A stretch of 63,996 bases of DNA, filler included, from Gonapodya sp. JEL0774 (taxonomy: Eukaryota), in the NCBI GenBank assembly GCA_027604505.1. It is 14 parts of 14 records of this genome, joined end to end, with 100 filler letters (N's around TTAATTAATTAA, not from the genome) between each part and the next. Parts side by side here need not be neighbours in the genome. Positions count along the whole stretch, not along the records: positions 46,320 to 50,823 come from JADIIX010000937.1; positions 50,924 to 55,426 come from JADIIX010000938.1; positions 55,527 to 60,019 come from JADIIX010000939.1; positions 60,120 to 63,996 come from JADIIX010001116.1; 10 more parts are not named here. One strand, written 5' to 3'. The translations under genes were made by a program, and so were the position numbers. This document shows, in pieces, positions 49,528 to 62,158 of the stretch; position 1 is the stretch's first letter, and every line of letters begins with the position of its first letter. Under the pieces are notes generated by a model that worked only from the letters and a program-made list of their open reading frames with translations, had not been told where the DNA came from and did no database searches.

Positions 49528-50157
49528 ATGCTGAACCCCAAAGCGCTCGCCCAAGTTCTGTCGCTCGCTAACTCTGGTGGCGTCGAAGCCGCGATGTAAG
49601 GAAAAGAAAAGTTTCATTTGACCCACTCCTCCCTTCAATCCAAATCGCTGCCGATTCGTCCTTTCAGTCTCTTCACTACCGACGGATCCCCAGTCTCCGC
49701 CGCCATCCACCCTCACCCGACACTTCCCTTACTCGTCAACCCATCCGCGTTCCCTTCGAGCTCTCCTCTTTCCCCCACTTCGTCGACCGACCTTGTCCAA
49801 CCCTCCTCAACCCCGCATGTACCTCCCCGCATCGCCCACCTCCGCGCGTCCAAGAACCTTTCAGCCATCCTATCCAACGTATGGTACTTGTACGAGAAGA
49901 ACGCCCGACTGGTGGACGACAGCGTGTCCCGGGGACCGGAATCCTCCACCGACAAGAAGAGGGAGGGTCTCACGGGGGAGCTGAGGACAGTTTTTGTGGA
50001 GGTAGAGGGCGGGAAAGTGGTCGTAGGAAGGACTGGGGGTGGGATGGTTGTGGGCATGGTGGCGGGGAGCGAGGTCGGGTGGGGGATGGTGAGGATGAAG
50101 GTGAGAGCACTGGTACAGGGGGGCCGTTTGCAGGAAGTCGTGGCTCAGAAAGTGTGA
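49528..50157 (+). CDS. LAMTOR2: Ragulator complex subunit LAMTOR2 (roadblock domain), 2 exons
   Basis: Exon 1 MLNPKALAQVLSLANSGGVEAA (cf. MLRPKALTQVLSQANTGGV); intron ending 49667; SAILSNVWYLYEKN; VGWGMVRMKVRALV. Confidence 0.88.
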
Positions 50158-50748
50158 ATTGATCAATGAATGCTCTCGCTTATCATGATTCGGCAGCTCG
50201 AAACGACGTGTAAAGCACTGGAGGCGTTGTTGGACGGAATACCTTTGTGAAACTGGCATCGCATACTATCATGGACATTACGTGGACAATATTTGACAGT
50301 TGTTGTACGACATTGTGTTTTTGTGGTTGTGGAAGCTTGAAAGGACGGATCAAGCGAATGTGGAGTCTTTGAATGTGCTACATACAAGCGGACGGTCATG
50401 TCTCACTACGTGTCACTCGATATATTTGTACTTACGACAGCATTTTTCAGTATTATTACATGTCAAAGGTCATATTGGCGCGAATTGTGGAAGGAACAGC
50501 TTTCTCTGGGGGGCAGCAGGCCAGTACATCAACATGTTAGAATGAATCACAGTCTTACCTGGGTTGGTTGGAGACAGTGGAGCATAATTCACACACGTGG
50601 TGGACCCAGCACTCTCTTGGCACCTCGCCCAAAATCACCAGTCTGAGGTCCCCAATGAAAACAATTACAATTATCTTGCAGGAAATATTCTGATCTAAAA
50701 ATACAAACAAAATCGACGATAAAATGTTGACGAATGTTGCGCCAATAA

Positions 50749-50823
50749 TAGGGCATGTGCGCTACAAGTAAATTACGGGTAAAACATTACGGGTGCAATA
50801 TTTTGTATGACTTACTCGTAAAA
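50749..50823 (+). mobile_element. hAT-like transposon terminus at contig end (copy 2)
   Basis: Near-identical (3 substitutions over 75 nt) to 36917-36991, with different upstream flanks. Confidence 0.75.
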
Positions 50824-50923
50824 NNNNNNNNNNNNNNNNNNNNNNNNNNNNNNNNNNNNNNNNNNNNTTAATTAATTAANNNNNNNNNNNNNNNNNNNNN
50901 NNNNNNNNNNNNNNNNNNNNNNN

Positions 50924-52494
50924 AACTCTATCTCAGGCATGGACTGGGATCTCGGAGCTCTTCTTGCAGATGACGCTGGCAACTCGGACCTACCGCTGTT
51001 GGAGGCACCCAACTCCGAGTTCACTGATAACCCAAACACGGACACCACTGACTCACGCAAAGATTATGGTGATTTCACTGAAACAACGTGCGCTCGGTCT
51101 TGGTTGCTTTTAATACATAACTTGCAGTTATCGTCGGTCGCACGGACGCCCAGAAAGAAGCTTTGTTTAAGAACAAGGCGTTCCGTTTGTTGCTCCGCCT
51201 ATTGAAGCTCGTGGAGTGGCCGCCGGCACAGGACGAATGTAAGCTTGAATTGGACGGAAACTCATATGACATTCGCTTCCATCATGACATGTTGCTTGAC
51301 TTCAAAGCGAACTTCAAGATCGACGGGGCGGACAGACACTGGATTGTTCCCGCCGATTTGGAAGCAGGAGAACTTTTGGAAGATCGAGCGATGCTGAACG
51401 CATTCCTGGAAGTGCCGCTCCAGCTTGACGGTAAACCTGCTTCAAAGGTGAGATCGCAGTTCATGCGAATTATGTGAAGATGCACTGGTAAGCAGTTCCG
51501 TTCTGTGGTTATTCTTTGCGGTAGCTACTTCGGAAGAGGAAAAATAAGAAGCGTCGCACCAAAGATCCGTCTGAAAAGGTGAAAAGAACCAAAATGAAGG
51601 AAAGCAAGTCTTCGAATCTATCAGCGCAACTGGTAGTGGAGGACGATTCCGACATCAATGACGAGGAATTTTTCAAACGGGAGGCAGAACTTCGAGAGAG
51701 GCTTGCACAAACATACTCTCATAAACAAGCGGAAGCGGAGAAACAAACAATGGAGAAAGAGTTGGAAAAGATGCAGAAGCGGAAAGTGGCAGCCGTGGCG
51801 AGGAAGGAGAAGAGGCGGAAAGGACGTGAGTAGATAGTTCTCGACCCCGGTTTGCGCCTGAATGGTACCACCCTATAGTTCTGATCACGGTTTTCGCATT
51901 CTAGAAGAGGAAGACAGTGTTGTGGGCGGGGAAAAGAGCACTGACGTTGCAGAGACGGCGGCGTCAGCGAGCGACAACGATCATTTGTCCCCCATCTCTT
52001 CTTCTGACTCCGACTCATCCGCTTCATCTTCTGATTTGTCATCTTCGTCGGAAGGTGAAGACGCCAACTCCACGCCAGATGGTCCTTCCAATCCCTTTTG
52101 GAAGTCAGTTCGCAGAGGAGGCGTTGAATCTTCACGGGCGGATAACGGGAAGTTTTTGGAGACAGACGATGTTGAACAGACGCCTCTTTTGGAAGACACA
52201 TCATCGGGCCCTCGGCGACGTCTTAGATTGGGACGCCATACAGAGGTGGTCGACGCAATTTCGGCCGGACCTTCCACGGCCGTTTCCAGTACAATTCCGG
52301 TAGCGGCGGAACAGTTCGGTTCGGAAGTGAAGAAAGCTCGAGAACTTGAATCTGCGGACGAAGTTGAGACTCAACTCGCGGGGGTCACAAAGCGTCGGCG
52401 ATTGCTTGTTGAGGTTCGTTGATTGATTAAAGTGTTGTTGCTTTGGACGGTCAGTGATTGTATCAATTCCTTACAGGATTCGGATGAAGAATGA
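50924..52494 (+). CDS. TOF1: Replication fork protection protein Tof1/Swi1/Timeless, C-terminal part
   Basis: DAQKEALFKNKAFRLLLRLL...WIVP; LSAQLVVEDDSDINDEEFFKREAELR; ends KRRRLLVE|DSDEE*. Confidence 0.7.
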
Positions 52495-52632
52495 TATGCA
52501 CAACTCTTGAATTGAATTTTTGTCCTGTAATTTAGAATCAACCAGTACATGTACTCGACATGTGCGTCGGAGTGGCCGATCTATGTTCACGTCCACTCAT
52601 CATGTACATAATTTTCTGATTGCATCACACCA

Positions 52633-54927
52633 ATGGCCATGCAAGTACCTTCCATCGTCCGACCGAGAGTCGCCATCATCCTCCTCAATGGAGCGCCCCG
52701 TTTGCATGACAATCCCCTCTGGCAACTTCGTTCGCCGCGAAAGCTGAACCTCCCGAAACCGACACACGCACTGCCCGTGTTCTGCTTGGATCCCAGACGG
52801 TATGACTTACAACTTATGCTAAGGGGGAAAACTGGTGACGATGGACCTAAAACCAGGTGGTTTGGGTGAGTGGATGCGTCAGTCAGGGTGGAGATCATCA
52901 GACGAGACTGACATTGGATCGTCTGCATAAGATTTCCGAAGATTGGAAAATGGAGATCAAAGTAGGCACTGTTTCTATTGAATCTGGGATCATCGATAGG
53001 CAGCGGACCGTTCCTATCTTGCATTGCATCAAACCGGAAGTTTCACATTAGAATCCTTGCACGACCTCCGCAAGTCTTTGCAACTACTGTCCTCGGACCT
53101 ATGCGTCGCTGCAGGCAGAATCGACGATGTTGTACCGCAACTTATTGAGGCTTGTCGGGCGAACGCAAGTGTCGGTGCGGATGTCATTGGTGTATGGGTT
53201 GCAAAAGAGGTCGGTCGCATTATACAATATGCTCGATCAGTTTGGGAATGTTGACGAGTTACCGCCAAAATTTGCCGTCTCAGATATCATCTGAGGAAAC
53301 TTCTGTCGAATTGAAATTGGCGGAGGATCTTGCAGCCTTGTCACCACCAGTCCCCATCATCCATGAATGGACGTCAACCATCTTCCCGACGGAATTTGCA
53401 CCAGCTGCAGGAAATGCACACCCAGCGAATACTTCGGGTGCTCTTATCTCTGATCTGTTTGGAGGACCGACTTTTTGCAATCTCCCTGATGTTTTCACCC
53501 AGTTCCGCAAGACTGTAGAATCCAAGGCAGGAGAACCGCCTGAACCGCATCAAGCTCCAACCCAAATCCCTCCGTTACCCAACTGGACTACAGCCGAAGG
53601 ATCAGACGGCAAAGCTCTACTCACCGAGGTTAATGCAATATTTGATTGTGATGCGCTTTCGTCCAAGTCACCCCTCGGCACCATACCTTCGATGAGCAAC
53701 TTGCTAACTCGACACGAGTCTTCTGTGGTGCCATTCGCCGGTGGAGAGACAGCGGCTCTCGCCAGGTTGGAGTATTACCTTCAAACTGGCCTTGTTCGGA
53801 CTTACAAGGAGACGAGAAACGGACTATTGGGAAAGGATTACTCCACGAAATTCTCACCTTGGCTTGCCGATGGATCTCTGAGCGCACGTAAAGTTTGGTC
53901 GCAAGTCAGAAAGCACGAAGCGAAAGTTGGTGCGTCTGACGGTTCTGGGTGGATTCTTTTTGAGCTGCTATGGCGAGAATTTTTCAAGTTCCACGCGATA
54001 AAATACGGTGATGGTATCTTCCGACTTGGCGGGGTGCATGCTCCACCATATAAGCAGGAGTTCTTCAAAGCCGCACGGCGGTCAACCAAAGATGGTTGGA
54101 ATCAATTCAGCCTTGTCAATGCGGATCCTCGATGGGCGCTACCGTCGAAACAGATCTTTGAACTTTGGGCCGAGGGGAGGACAGGCATACCATTTGTGGA
54201 CGCTGGAATGAGAGAGCTGGTGGAGACAGGGTGAGTGCCAGGTGTTGCATGATAACTTCCAACGCGAATGCCATGTGTTAAGAAGTTTGGATGCGCTTAT
54301 AATCCTTGAAGGTTTATGTCGAATCGTTCCCGCCAGAATGTGGCTTCGTTCTTTTTGCATTCGGTTCCCGTGCAAGCCAAGGGAGCATCCACATCGCGAC
54401 CAAACTGGGTCGTTGCCGCGGAGCTGTTCGAGTCACTGCTCATAGATCACGACCCACACTCGAATTACGGCAATTGGCAGTACTTGGCAGGGGTAGGGAC
54501 TGACCCCCGAGGTTGGCGCAAGTTCAACATGATCAAACAAGCTTCAGAATATGATCCAATGTCAAGATATGTATGTGAATGGATACCGGAACTACGAAAG
54601 CTTCGAGACCAATGGGAAGGAGAGGTCCCCAATGGTCGTACTGATGGTCTGGCAGAACGTTTGCAGAAGCCGTGGACTGTGGATGGAGGGCATGCCATAA
54701 CCGCTGTAGGGTACCCTCACCCTATCGCTACCGAGAAGGAGTGGAGTCGAGTGACATTTCCAGTAATGCTCATTCCCTCAGCAAGCGATGAGTTAAAATC
54801 AAATCAACGCAGTCAAACCACTATGGCTTTGAACCTGCAGGGCAGCAGTACAGCTTCAGCCTCAAGAGAATCTCGTCCGAGAAGTAAACAAAATCGTAGA
54901 GTAGATGCGCCATGGAGTAGATCATGA
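52633..54927 (+). CDS. Cryptochrome DASH (photolyase/cryptochrome family)
   Basis: RLHDNP; GGETAALARL; YKETRNGLLGKDYSTKFSPWLA; FELLWREFF; GRTGIPFVDAGMREL..TG|FMSNRSRQNVASF; LIDHDPHSNYGNWQYLAGVGTDPR..RKFNMIKQA..YDP. Confidence 0.93.
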
Positions 54928-55526
54928 AATCTACCAATAACGTGACACTGTCAAATATTTGCACAGACCATGGAGTTAGTCCTCATTGCAACAATCAAAG
55001 CGTGCCCAAAGAGACAAGCAATGTCCGACGCCGGACGCGACCGCGTTGGGTCTCGAGAGCAGGACCAGATTCCCAGAGAGTGAGTACGCCATCGTCGACC
55101 AGTGTCTTTTCCTCGCGACGCGCGGAGTCAACCCACTTCTCAAATTTTTTGGGTTGTCCGCCTGATAAACCGCAGACCATGCAAAGTCCTTGGCTGCTTC
55201 AATCTATCAATCTACACTCGCGTACGTTGAGTTCTAGCTTCGAGACGGAATCCCCGTGAAAATACGTGACCGGGAACACCCCGAACTCGTCGAGTGCCTT
55301 CGCAATCGAGACCCTGCAACTCTTCCAGACTTCGAACTGAACGAGCCCGCCCTGTCTCCCCGCCATGACCCATTATTCTATTTCTCGCCGCCTATCAATC
55401 TAGGAATCCGATCTCGAACGTTTGTTNNNNNNNNNNNNNNNNNNNNNNNNNNNNNNNNNNNNNNNNNNNNTTAATTAATTAANNNNNNNNNNNNNNNNNN
55501 NNNNNNNNNNNNNNNNNNNNNNNNNN

Positions 55527-56300
55527 CAGCACCGTCCCGACCTCGTGGTGCAGGTCCACCAGGGGTTCCAACCCCCGGACATGCCCATGGACCCACGGTA
55601 CGCGGGCGCTGCGCAACCCATGCTGCTCCCCATGCCGGTGCAGCCCACGTCTGTGGCGATGACGCAGATGCCCATCAGCTCGCTCTCACCCGACCACACC
55701 ACGAGCCCCCCGCCTGCCAAACGTGTCAAGCGAGATTCCACGCCGCAGGGTGGTGGTGGTGGCCAGGCCAGGTGGGACGCGGAGGGGGAGGTCGGCAGAG
55801 GGGGCGGAATGGGCATGGGACAGGCGGCCAACGCGTTGTTGGGGTTATCGTCCGCGGCAGCGCCCGGGTCCACGTCGACACAGCCGTCGCCGGTGAGGGA
55901 TGGGGGCGAGTTGAGTGGTGTGGAGGGGGCGGCGCAGGACGGGACGCAGGGGGGAAAGACCGGGACGGACGGCACCTCGAACACACCGACCACTGCAACA
56001 GACGCGTACGGCCGGCCCGCAACGTGGACGGATCCTGCAAGTGGGTACGGGGTGCCGCCACCGGGGTACGCGTACCCGCCCCACTACCCGGGCATGAACC
56101 CTGCAGCAGCCGGGTGGGGTGCCCAGAGGCCCGGGACGCTGCAGGGGTACCCGACTGCGGGGTTTGATCCGTATTATGGTCGGCCGCCGGGAAATGTGCC
56201 ACCCGGTGCGTACGGTGCGCCGCCCGGTCCTGCGGGTGCAGGTGCAGAAGGGGGCGTAAGGAGACCGCCGCCGGGGTTTGGGTACGGGATGTATAGCTAG
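55527..56300 (+). CDS. Pro/Gly/Tyr-rich low-complexity C-terminus of a 5'-truncated (possibly nuclear) protein
   Basis: Open from the contig start to TAG at 56300; NLS-like PPAKRVKR; AANALLGLSS motif. Confidence 0.55.
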   Translation, partial: QHRPDLVVQVHQGFQPPDMPMDPRYAGAAQPMLLPMPVQPTSVAMTQMPISSLSPDHTTSPPPAKRVKRDSTPQGGGGGQARWDAEGEVGRGGGMGMGQAANALLGLSSAAAPGSTSTQPSPVRDGGELSGVEGAAQDGTQGGKTGTDGTSNTPTTATDAYGRPATWTDPASGYGVPPPGYAYPPHYPGMNPAAAGWGAQRPGTLQGYPTAGFDPYYGRPPGNVPPGAYGAPPGPAGAGAEGGVRRPPPGFGYGMYS

Positions 56301-56560
56301 AGGACGGGAGTGGAGGTGGAGGAGCGGGTCGGGTGTGCTGGATTTGGTGGGATTTGGAGTGTGGAATATCGGAATAGAGTTCGAATTCGAGACACGACGG
56401 AAGTTCACGACTAGTTTGGCCCGGAGCCGACCGAAAAAAAGAAGTTTGCGAGACATCGGTAGATTCTCTGAATAACTCTTCGCAGTGAAAGCAATACATC
56501 TGTTCTGCCTCAACATGTGACTACGAGTTTCTCCAACAAAACTTTCGTCCCTCCAATCTC

Positions 56561-59500
56561 TCATCTCACAACCACATCAGCGAACCTCCCACCACCAGGC
56601 AACGCCGAGTCCACGCCTGATCCTCGGGCCTTAACGGCCTCGTCCCTCCGAGCACGGACGATGGCCAACACGTTGCGGAAGTGACGCGCCGCGGTGTCGG
56701 GGAACTTGGTGCGGGCTGGGTCAAAGGCCCCCGGAGTCGTGTTGGAGAGCGCGGCGTTTTCTGCTGCGGATAAAAGGCCGGTGATTTGGTCGATGAGGGC
56801 AGAAACGGATGGAGCAGCGATCTGAAAGAGGTGTGGGAATGATGGTGAGGTTTGGGGTGGGCCCATGAAGAGCAGAAGCAAGGAACAACGCCATCAGTAA
56901 TAAGATCCACGTCATTCCAGCCGAGAGCAAAACGGGACGCGATAACCCACGATGGTGTTCCCTTTGGCGAAATACCAGACCACTTTCTCCAAAACCTCTA
57001 TGAGCAATCCCGCCGATAATCCTTGATCCTTGAGTGCGACTGCCGTATTTCTCGCCCTGTCTACCAACTCAGCTGCCCTCCTTCCACCATCGTCAGGCCA
57101 GCTGGGATTGTCCCAATACATGTGGGATGCGATCAAAAGGCCGCGACACTGGTCTGTGCGGCGCAGGAGTCGCGAAAAGTGGACAGTGATCTTGGCCGCG
57201 ATGGTGGAGTAATTATCGGTCGACAATATTTTGGTGCTCGAGAGCGTGCCGGTGAGAAGACTCAGAGCGGCGAATTGTTGACGCGAGTCGGCGATGGAGT
57301 CTTCAAAAACTGTTAGTGCCTGAACAGTTCGAAACACGGGGATAATCGAATTGTGGACAGAGGCAACGAAATCACTTTCATCGGCAGTTGGTACTTACCT
57401 GGGTGAAGAACTCAAATGTGGGCTCCTTGAATCCAACCTCGGCTGCCGCAGTTGCCGACTGAAGGTACAACCTGAGGGCTTGATCAAACGGCGACATGAG
57501 GCCATCACCCATTCCTCGCGGAGGTGTTTGGGCATCGTCGTCCACAAGGTATTCTCGGCAACGAAGGAGGGAGGATACAGTCTCGTCAAGGAACTCAAGA
57601 ACTTGTCCCACCTGAGTCAGAACGGCTTCGCTCTAAAGATATCGAAGTGGGGTCACATAAAGGATGAATCCGTTTATTTATCGCCAAAATCACCTGAAGA
57701 CCCTGGCGCTTGTACTTTCGAAGGAGCTTGAACAAGGAAACAGCAAGAGCTGGCACAGTGAATCGCACGCGCACGTCCCCGCTGGCGCTCAAGTGCTCCC
57801 GAAGATAACGCAATATCTAAAAAGTGGAAATGCACTATCGGACAATGGCTAAAATGCTTAGCAGGGCATCAAACGAACGTACCCTGAACTCATTGTCCGC
57901 TTGGTCGGGGTCGGCACCGACTCCAACGAGTTGAACAACCCTGGCTACTTTACCTTGTTCCTCAACGATGTCTTCCCAATCAACAGTCCCCCGACCAGGT
58001 GTTGGCACGACACCAGCGTCCGTGATCTCCCCAAACAGTCCACCATCTCTTTGGTCCCGGACAAGTGCGTCCAACAATTCACCAAACACCAAGTCTACAC
58101 CGTCTTTTGTGTTGATAATAGTTCCATTTCGGACCAAAGTATCCGCAATCTGGGCGGCTACTCGGCGACGCAGAAAGTACGCTTGCATAGCCAGGAGGTT
58201 CGTATAAGACCCTCCCAGAGGGCCCGTTCGAGTCGCCTGGTGAGACGAAGATGACGGGAATTCAAGCAACACGAGGAGATTGGACTGGTACTGAGTGACG
58301 GGCGAGGCAAGGAATGACGAAATAAGGTTGACATAGTTGTTTGTGTTCAGGTCAGGACTTGGAAAGAAAGGGATTTGGTTGCTGTGGTATCCCATGAAAA
58401 ATCTTATGATATCCTAGCGAACATACCTTGAGACGCCAATTGCAGCCTTGACGGCATCGCCTGCCAAAGCGATCACTCGGTCCACGTTGTCCAACTTCTC
58501 TGGATAGCAGCCGAGAGTCAGGCCCAACAAGCCCTGCAGCAGTGCCACAACATCTGATATAGTAAACTCAGGTCGCGCTTTGATCAGCTCAGCGATTTGG
58601 TTCCAAAAGATGTCGAACAGCGGCACGTCAGTGGGAATCCCTGTGGGTGGTGTCTGAGAAAATTTCTCTTGAAGGGCGGTGGCAGCCTCTGTATCCTCGG
58701 CAGCGTTACGGAGTGCTATTTGAACCGGCATTAGTCCACCGTCCTGTTTCTTGTGAAACTAAAGCTACTCGCCTTCCTTTCGAGCCGCCTGTTCTTCCTC
58801 CCTTGTCCGAGAAGCATATGACGCGAACCTGTCGAGCAAACTGATGACGATTTGCTTCACATCTACTTGTCGGGCAAGTTGCGCTACCGCCGAAAGAAAG
58901 GGATCCAGTGTACGAATGTGAAATTCGTCGCTAAAGACCTATACGTGTGCTCACATGGTCAGCAAAGTAGGCAAATTATTATGAAACATGAAGAGCACCA
59001 ACCTGGATTATTACCTCCATCAAATACTCCTGAGCAATGACATCCTTGCAGCTCACCACCTCGTCGAGGAGACTGGGTAAAATGAGCTGTGGAGTTGGCA
59101 GTTACTTTCGTTAATGCGGCCACCAATCAAAGAACAATTGAAAATGAAAGCGGTCAAACTCACCCCTTTATAGACCGACAAATCCACACCGTCCAGCTGC
59201 GAAACCCGCACGATGTTGCTGCCTACAAGCTGTCGGAGCTCCCGCCGTTCTTGCTCCCTCTTTTCACGTTCTCGAGTGGGGCCTTGATACTGGAGCCGCA
59301 CCCACAGCTTATTCATCTCCATAAAATTTTGAAGTATGAATGTGATGCTATCATTAAGTGTACCATGAGGCCTGAAAACGACAGACGTGTGGCTGTGAAT
59401 TTCGTTGAGTAAACCTTAGGGGCACGTGCGATATATCACCCTTCGATCTTTCCATCTGGGAGGTAGTCTCTTGTCATCTGCTGCAGGTAAAATCGGAGGA

Positions 59501-60019
59501 AAAGACCTGGGAACAGCGATGGGAGGTCGCTCGAATGTATACTGTTCACTGGAACTACGTACCTCGAGTAGGGTGCTGAACTCCTCGACTCATTTCCAGC
59601 ATATCTCTCATCAATTCTTTAATTGGTGGTACGTCCTCTTCCCAGCGATCCGTTGGGGGCTTAGCAAGAAGAGTAGGACCTCCAGAACCTTCAGAAGTTG
59701 GAGGGGCTTCGGCGGCTCTCGCTTCAGCAGATTGTGGGAGAAATTGCTTTGAGACACGCATATAAACCGATCCCACGGTAATCATAAGGTATAGTCGGGG
59801 AATGATGTTCCCCGCGTATTGGACCAGCTCGTACAGATCGGAGAGGTGGTGTCGCTTCTGAACATGTGCCTCATAGAGAAATGCAGTCAGATGACGCATT
59901 TCGTCAAAAACCGACATGTCTCATGTGAATGAGAAAGAATTGAACGGGTGGATTTGCTTAAGGTTTTGGAAACAAGTGAAAGTGATACAGCAAAACTCAC
60001 AAAGTTCATAATAGTTTTT
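56561..60019 (-). CDS. VPS35: Retromer subunit VPS35 (multi-exon, 5' truncated)
   Basis: [88 protein letters not shown]. Confidence 0.97.
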
Positions 60020-60145
60020 NNNNNNNNNNNNNNNNNNNNNNNNNNNNNNNNNNNNNNNNNNNNTTAATTAATTAANNNNNNNNNNNNNNNNNNNNNNNNN
60101 NNNNNNNNNNNNNNNNNNNTAATTATGTCGTTTCGTCTGATCCCA

Positions 60146-60590
60146 GGGTGGTGAAGGTTTCTGTTGGCAGCTTGGCGGAATATCTAACGACGAAAGAGCG
60201 ATCGCACTGGTAAGAGTCTCAAACAGCGTTCTCAGACATTACACAGTGATCCGACGCAACACAACTTCGTATCACGATATGATGCTAGACCTACACCATG
60301 ATGTCCAACGACTGGTGTGGAGTCCAAGTGTGCATCAGCTACGCTCCCACAGGGAAATCCACCACGGCGATCATCAAGGACGAATGCCCCGATGCGATTT
60401 GCAGCTACGGACATATGGACACGACGCCAGCCGTATGGAACGCCCTTGGGATTGATACGGGTGTTGGCCTCGTTACGAGTGGAGTGACGGTGGGTACTCG
60501 CTGCTTCGTTCTTGTCCCCACGGATTCCAGAACACTAGGAGCTCATATTATGATCAACGTTCTTATTACTTTTAGTGGTGGAGATGTTGA
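60146..60590 (+). CDS. RlpA-like double-psi beta-barrel (expansin/loosenin-like) protein, 3' exons
   Basis: WCGVQVCISY..GKSTTAIIKDECPDAICSYGHMDTTPAVWNALG...VT|WWRC*. Confidence 0.8.
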
Positions 60591-60878
60591 ACTAGTTGTT
60601 TTGTTATTGCGTGGGAATACGTACATACAAGGTATGCGAGAGAGCGTTGAGGAGTGCCGGTCACTCTTCAAAGCTGGAACACGCACAGGTGACTTCCTCG
60701 GAGAAAGATATATTTGATCTCAGAGATAGCTTTCAATATCGAACTTCGTCCTATTTTTGTTCAGAAACTGTGATCGACAAACGGGGACATTCATACTGAG
60801 TTTCCCCATCGCAGCGCCAATACATTACAGCGATAAAGCAAATGGCATCGTGAACAATCATATGTTTCCCGTTTTCTG

Positions 60879-61739
60879 TCAGACCGATCCCACGGCAACC
60901 CCACTGTTTGAGAACTTCCTTGCAACGACAAGTCTCACGGAGCCTTGATATTCCTTCAAACTACGCAAGTGTCCATATTTTTTATCCCACAAACCACTCT
61001 CAAGGTCCGACCTGAGTTTGTTGACGTACCCGGTCTGCCGCTCCTTGCTGAAGAAGCTCCACGAAGACTGCGCCTTGCGAACGGCTTCATCCAAGTACAT
61101 CTCTGGTCGGCCATAGTAGGCTTCGATGAATCCGTCTGTACAATTCAGTGGTATGGGGATCGGAATGACTTCGACCACGCTGGCACCGTGTCTGCCGAGA
61201 ATGTCCTGGAGTCTGGCCATCGTGGGGAATCGGCGACCGGCTTCGACCGTGAGCATTTCGCCCGTGTATTCCGCGATCCAGAATTTGGCCAGTGTCTCTG
61301 GATCGAACGTGAGGAGGACGACGGTTTTGGACGAGACCCGCATCATCTCCGAAAGGCCCAGTTCCAGCTCAGCTCGCCATTGGTGAACAGAAAAGGTGGC
61401 CATGGCGGCATCAAAGGTGCCATCAGCAAATGGCAGTGCTTGTGCCACTGCGTCAACCGCTTGAGACAAGGGCGGAAGCCGTTTCGCCCTCATTGCCGCG
61501 CTGGGCTCCACCGCCGTCACAGTCCGGGTCTCCCAAGGCTCGTAGGAACCAGCCCCAGCACCAACATTGAGCACGGTTTTTGCATCGCCTAGAGAGTGCT
61601 CGATCATGGCCATGATGGCCGGTTCCGGCACGCGGTAATGAGGGTAGGTCGAGGAGAGTTTTTCATAGTCCACGTCCCCTGCAGACCCATCCATGCGTTG
61701 ATGAGAAGAAACGGATGAAATAGATATTGGGTCTTGCAT
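60879..61739 (-). CDS. Intronless class I SAM-dependent methyltransferase, bacterial-like
   Basis: TVLNVGAGAGSYEP (motif I), VTAVEPSAAM, ALPFADGTFDAAMATFSVHQW, PIPLNCTDGFIEAYYGRPE, WDKKYGHLR. Confidence 0.9.
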   Translation of the reverse strand: MQDPISISSVSSHQRMDGSAGDVDYEKLSSTYPHYRVPEPAIMAMIEHSLGDAKTVLNVGAGAGSYEPWETRTVTAVEPSAAMRAKRLPPLSQAVDAVAQALPFADGTFDAAMATFSVHQWRAELELGLSEMMRVSSKTVVLLTFDPETLAKFWIAEYTGEMLTVEAGRRFPTMARLQDILGRHGASVVEVIPIPIPLNCTDGFIEAYYGRPEMYLDEAVRKAQSSWSFFSKERQTGYVNKLRSDLESGLWDKKYGHLRSLKEYQGSVRLVVARKFSNSGVAVGSV

Positions 61740-62158
61740 CAATTGGGGCGTTCCTATATATAATGGCCGCCGGGGCTTGAAATCGGACCGTGTTCGTCAG
61801 GAAATACCGTCCCCAAGTCTATGTGTTGAAGCCCGGCTCACTCTGTGGATCAGATCCAAAAACTTATCTACAAGAATATGTAGGTTTTTAAAGCGTAAAA
61901 TTTCTTGGAAATTCCAGATCTCAAAGCCGGCAGGGAGGAAGTACCCTTGTCGCTTGCAGATGCCGACGTGAGAAACAATACAAAGCTTTAGATATGCCGC
62001 TAATAGCCGCAACAACTTGCTTCTGCGAAAAGAACTGAAACTTGATGGGAGAATCTAGTGACAGCATTCATGTGAGGAGCATCATGAGGCAAATCTGTGC
62101 CACAACTTCGTATTCTTGAGCGTTTTACTCGACTTCTGCTTTTCCAGTTAGTTTCGCA

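Noticed and set aside
60945..61592. 215-aa plus-strand ORF, and similar antisense ORFs over Nup188, coilin and VPS35
   Set aside because: Antisense shadows of well-supported genes on the opposite strand.
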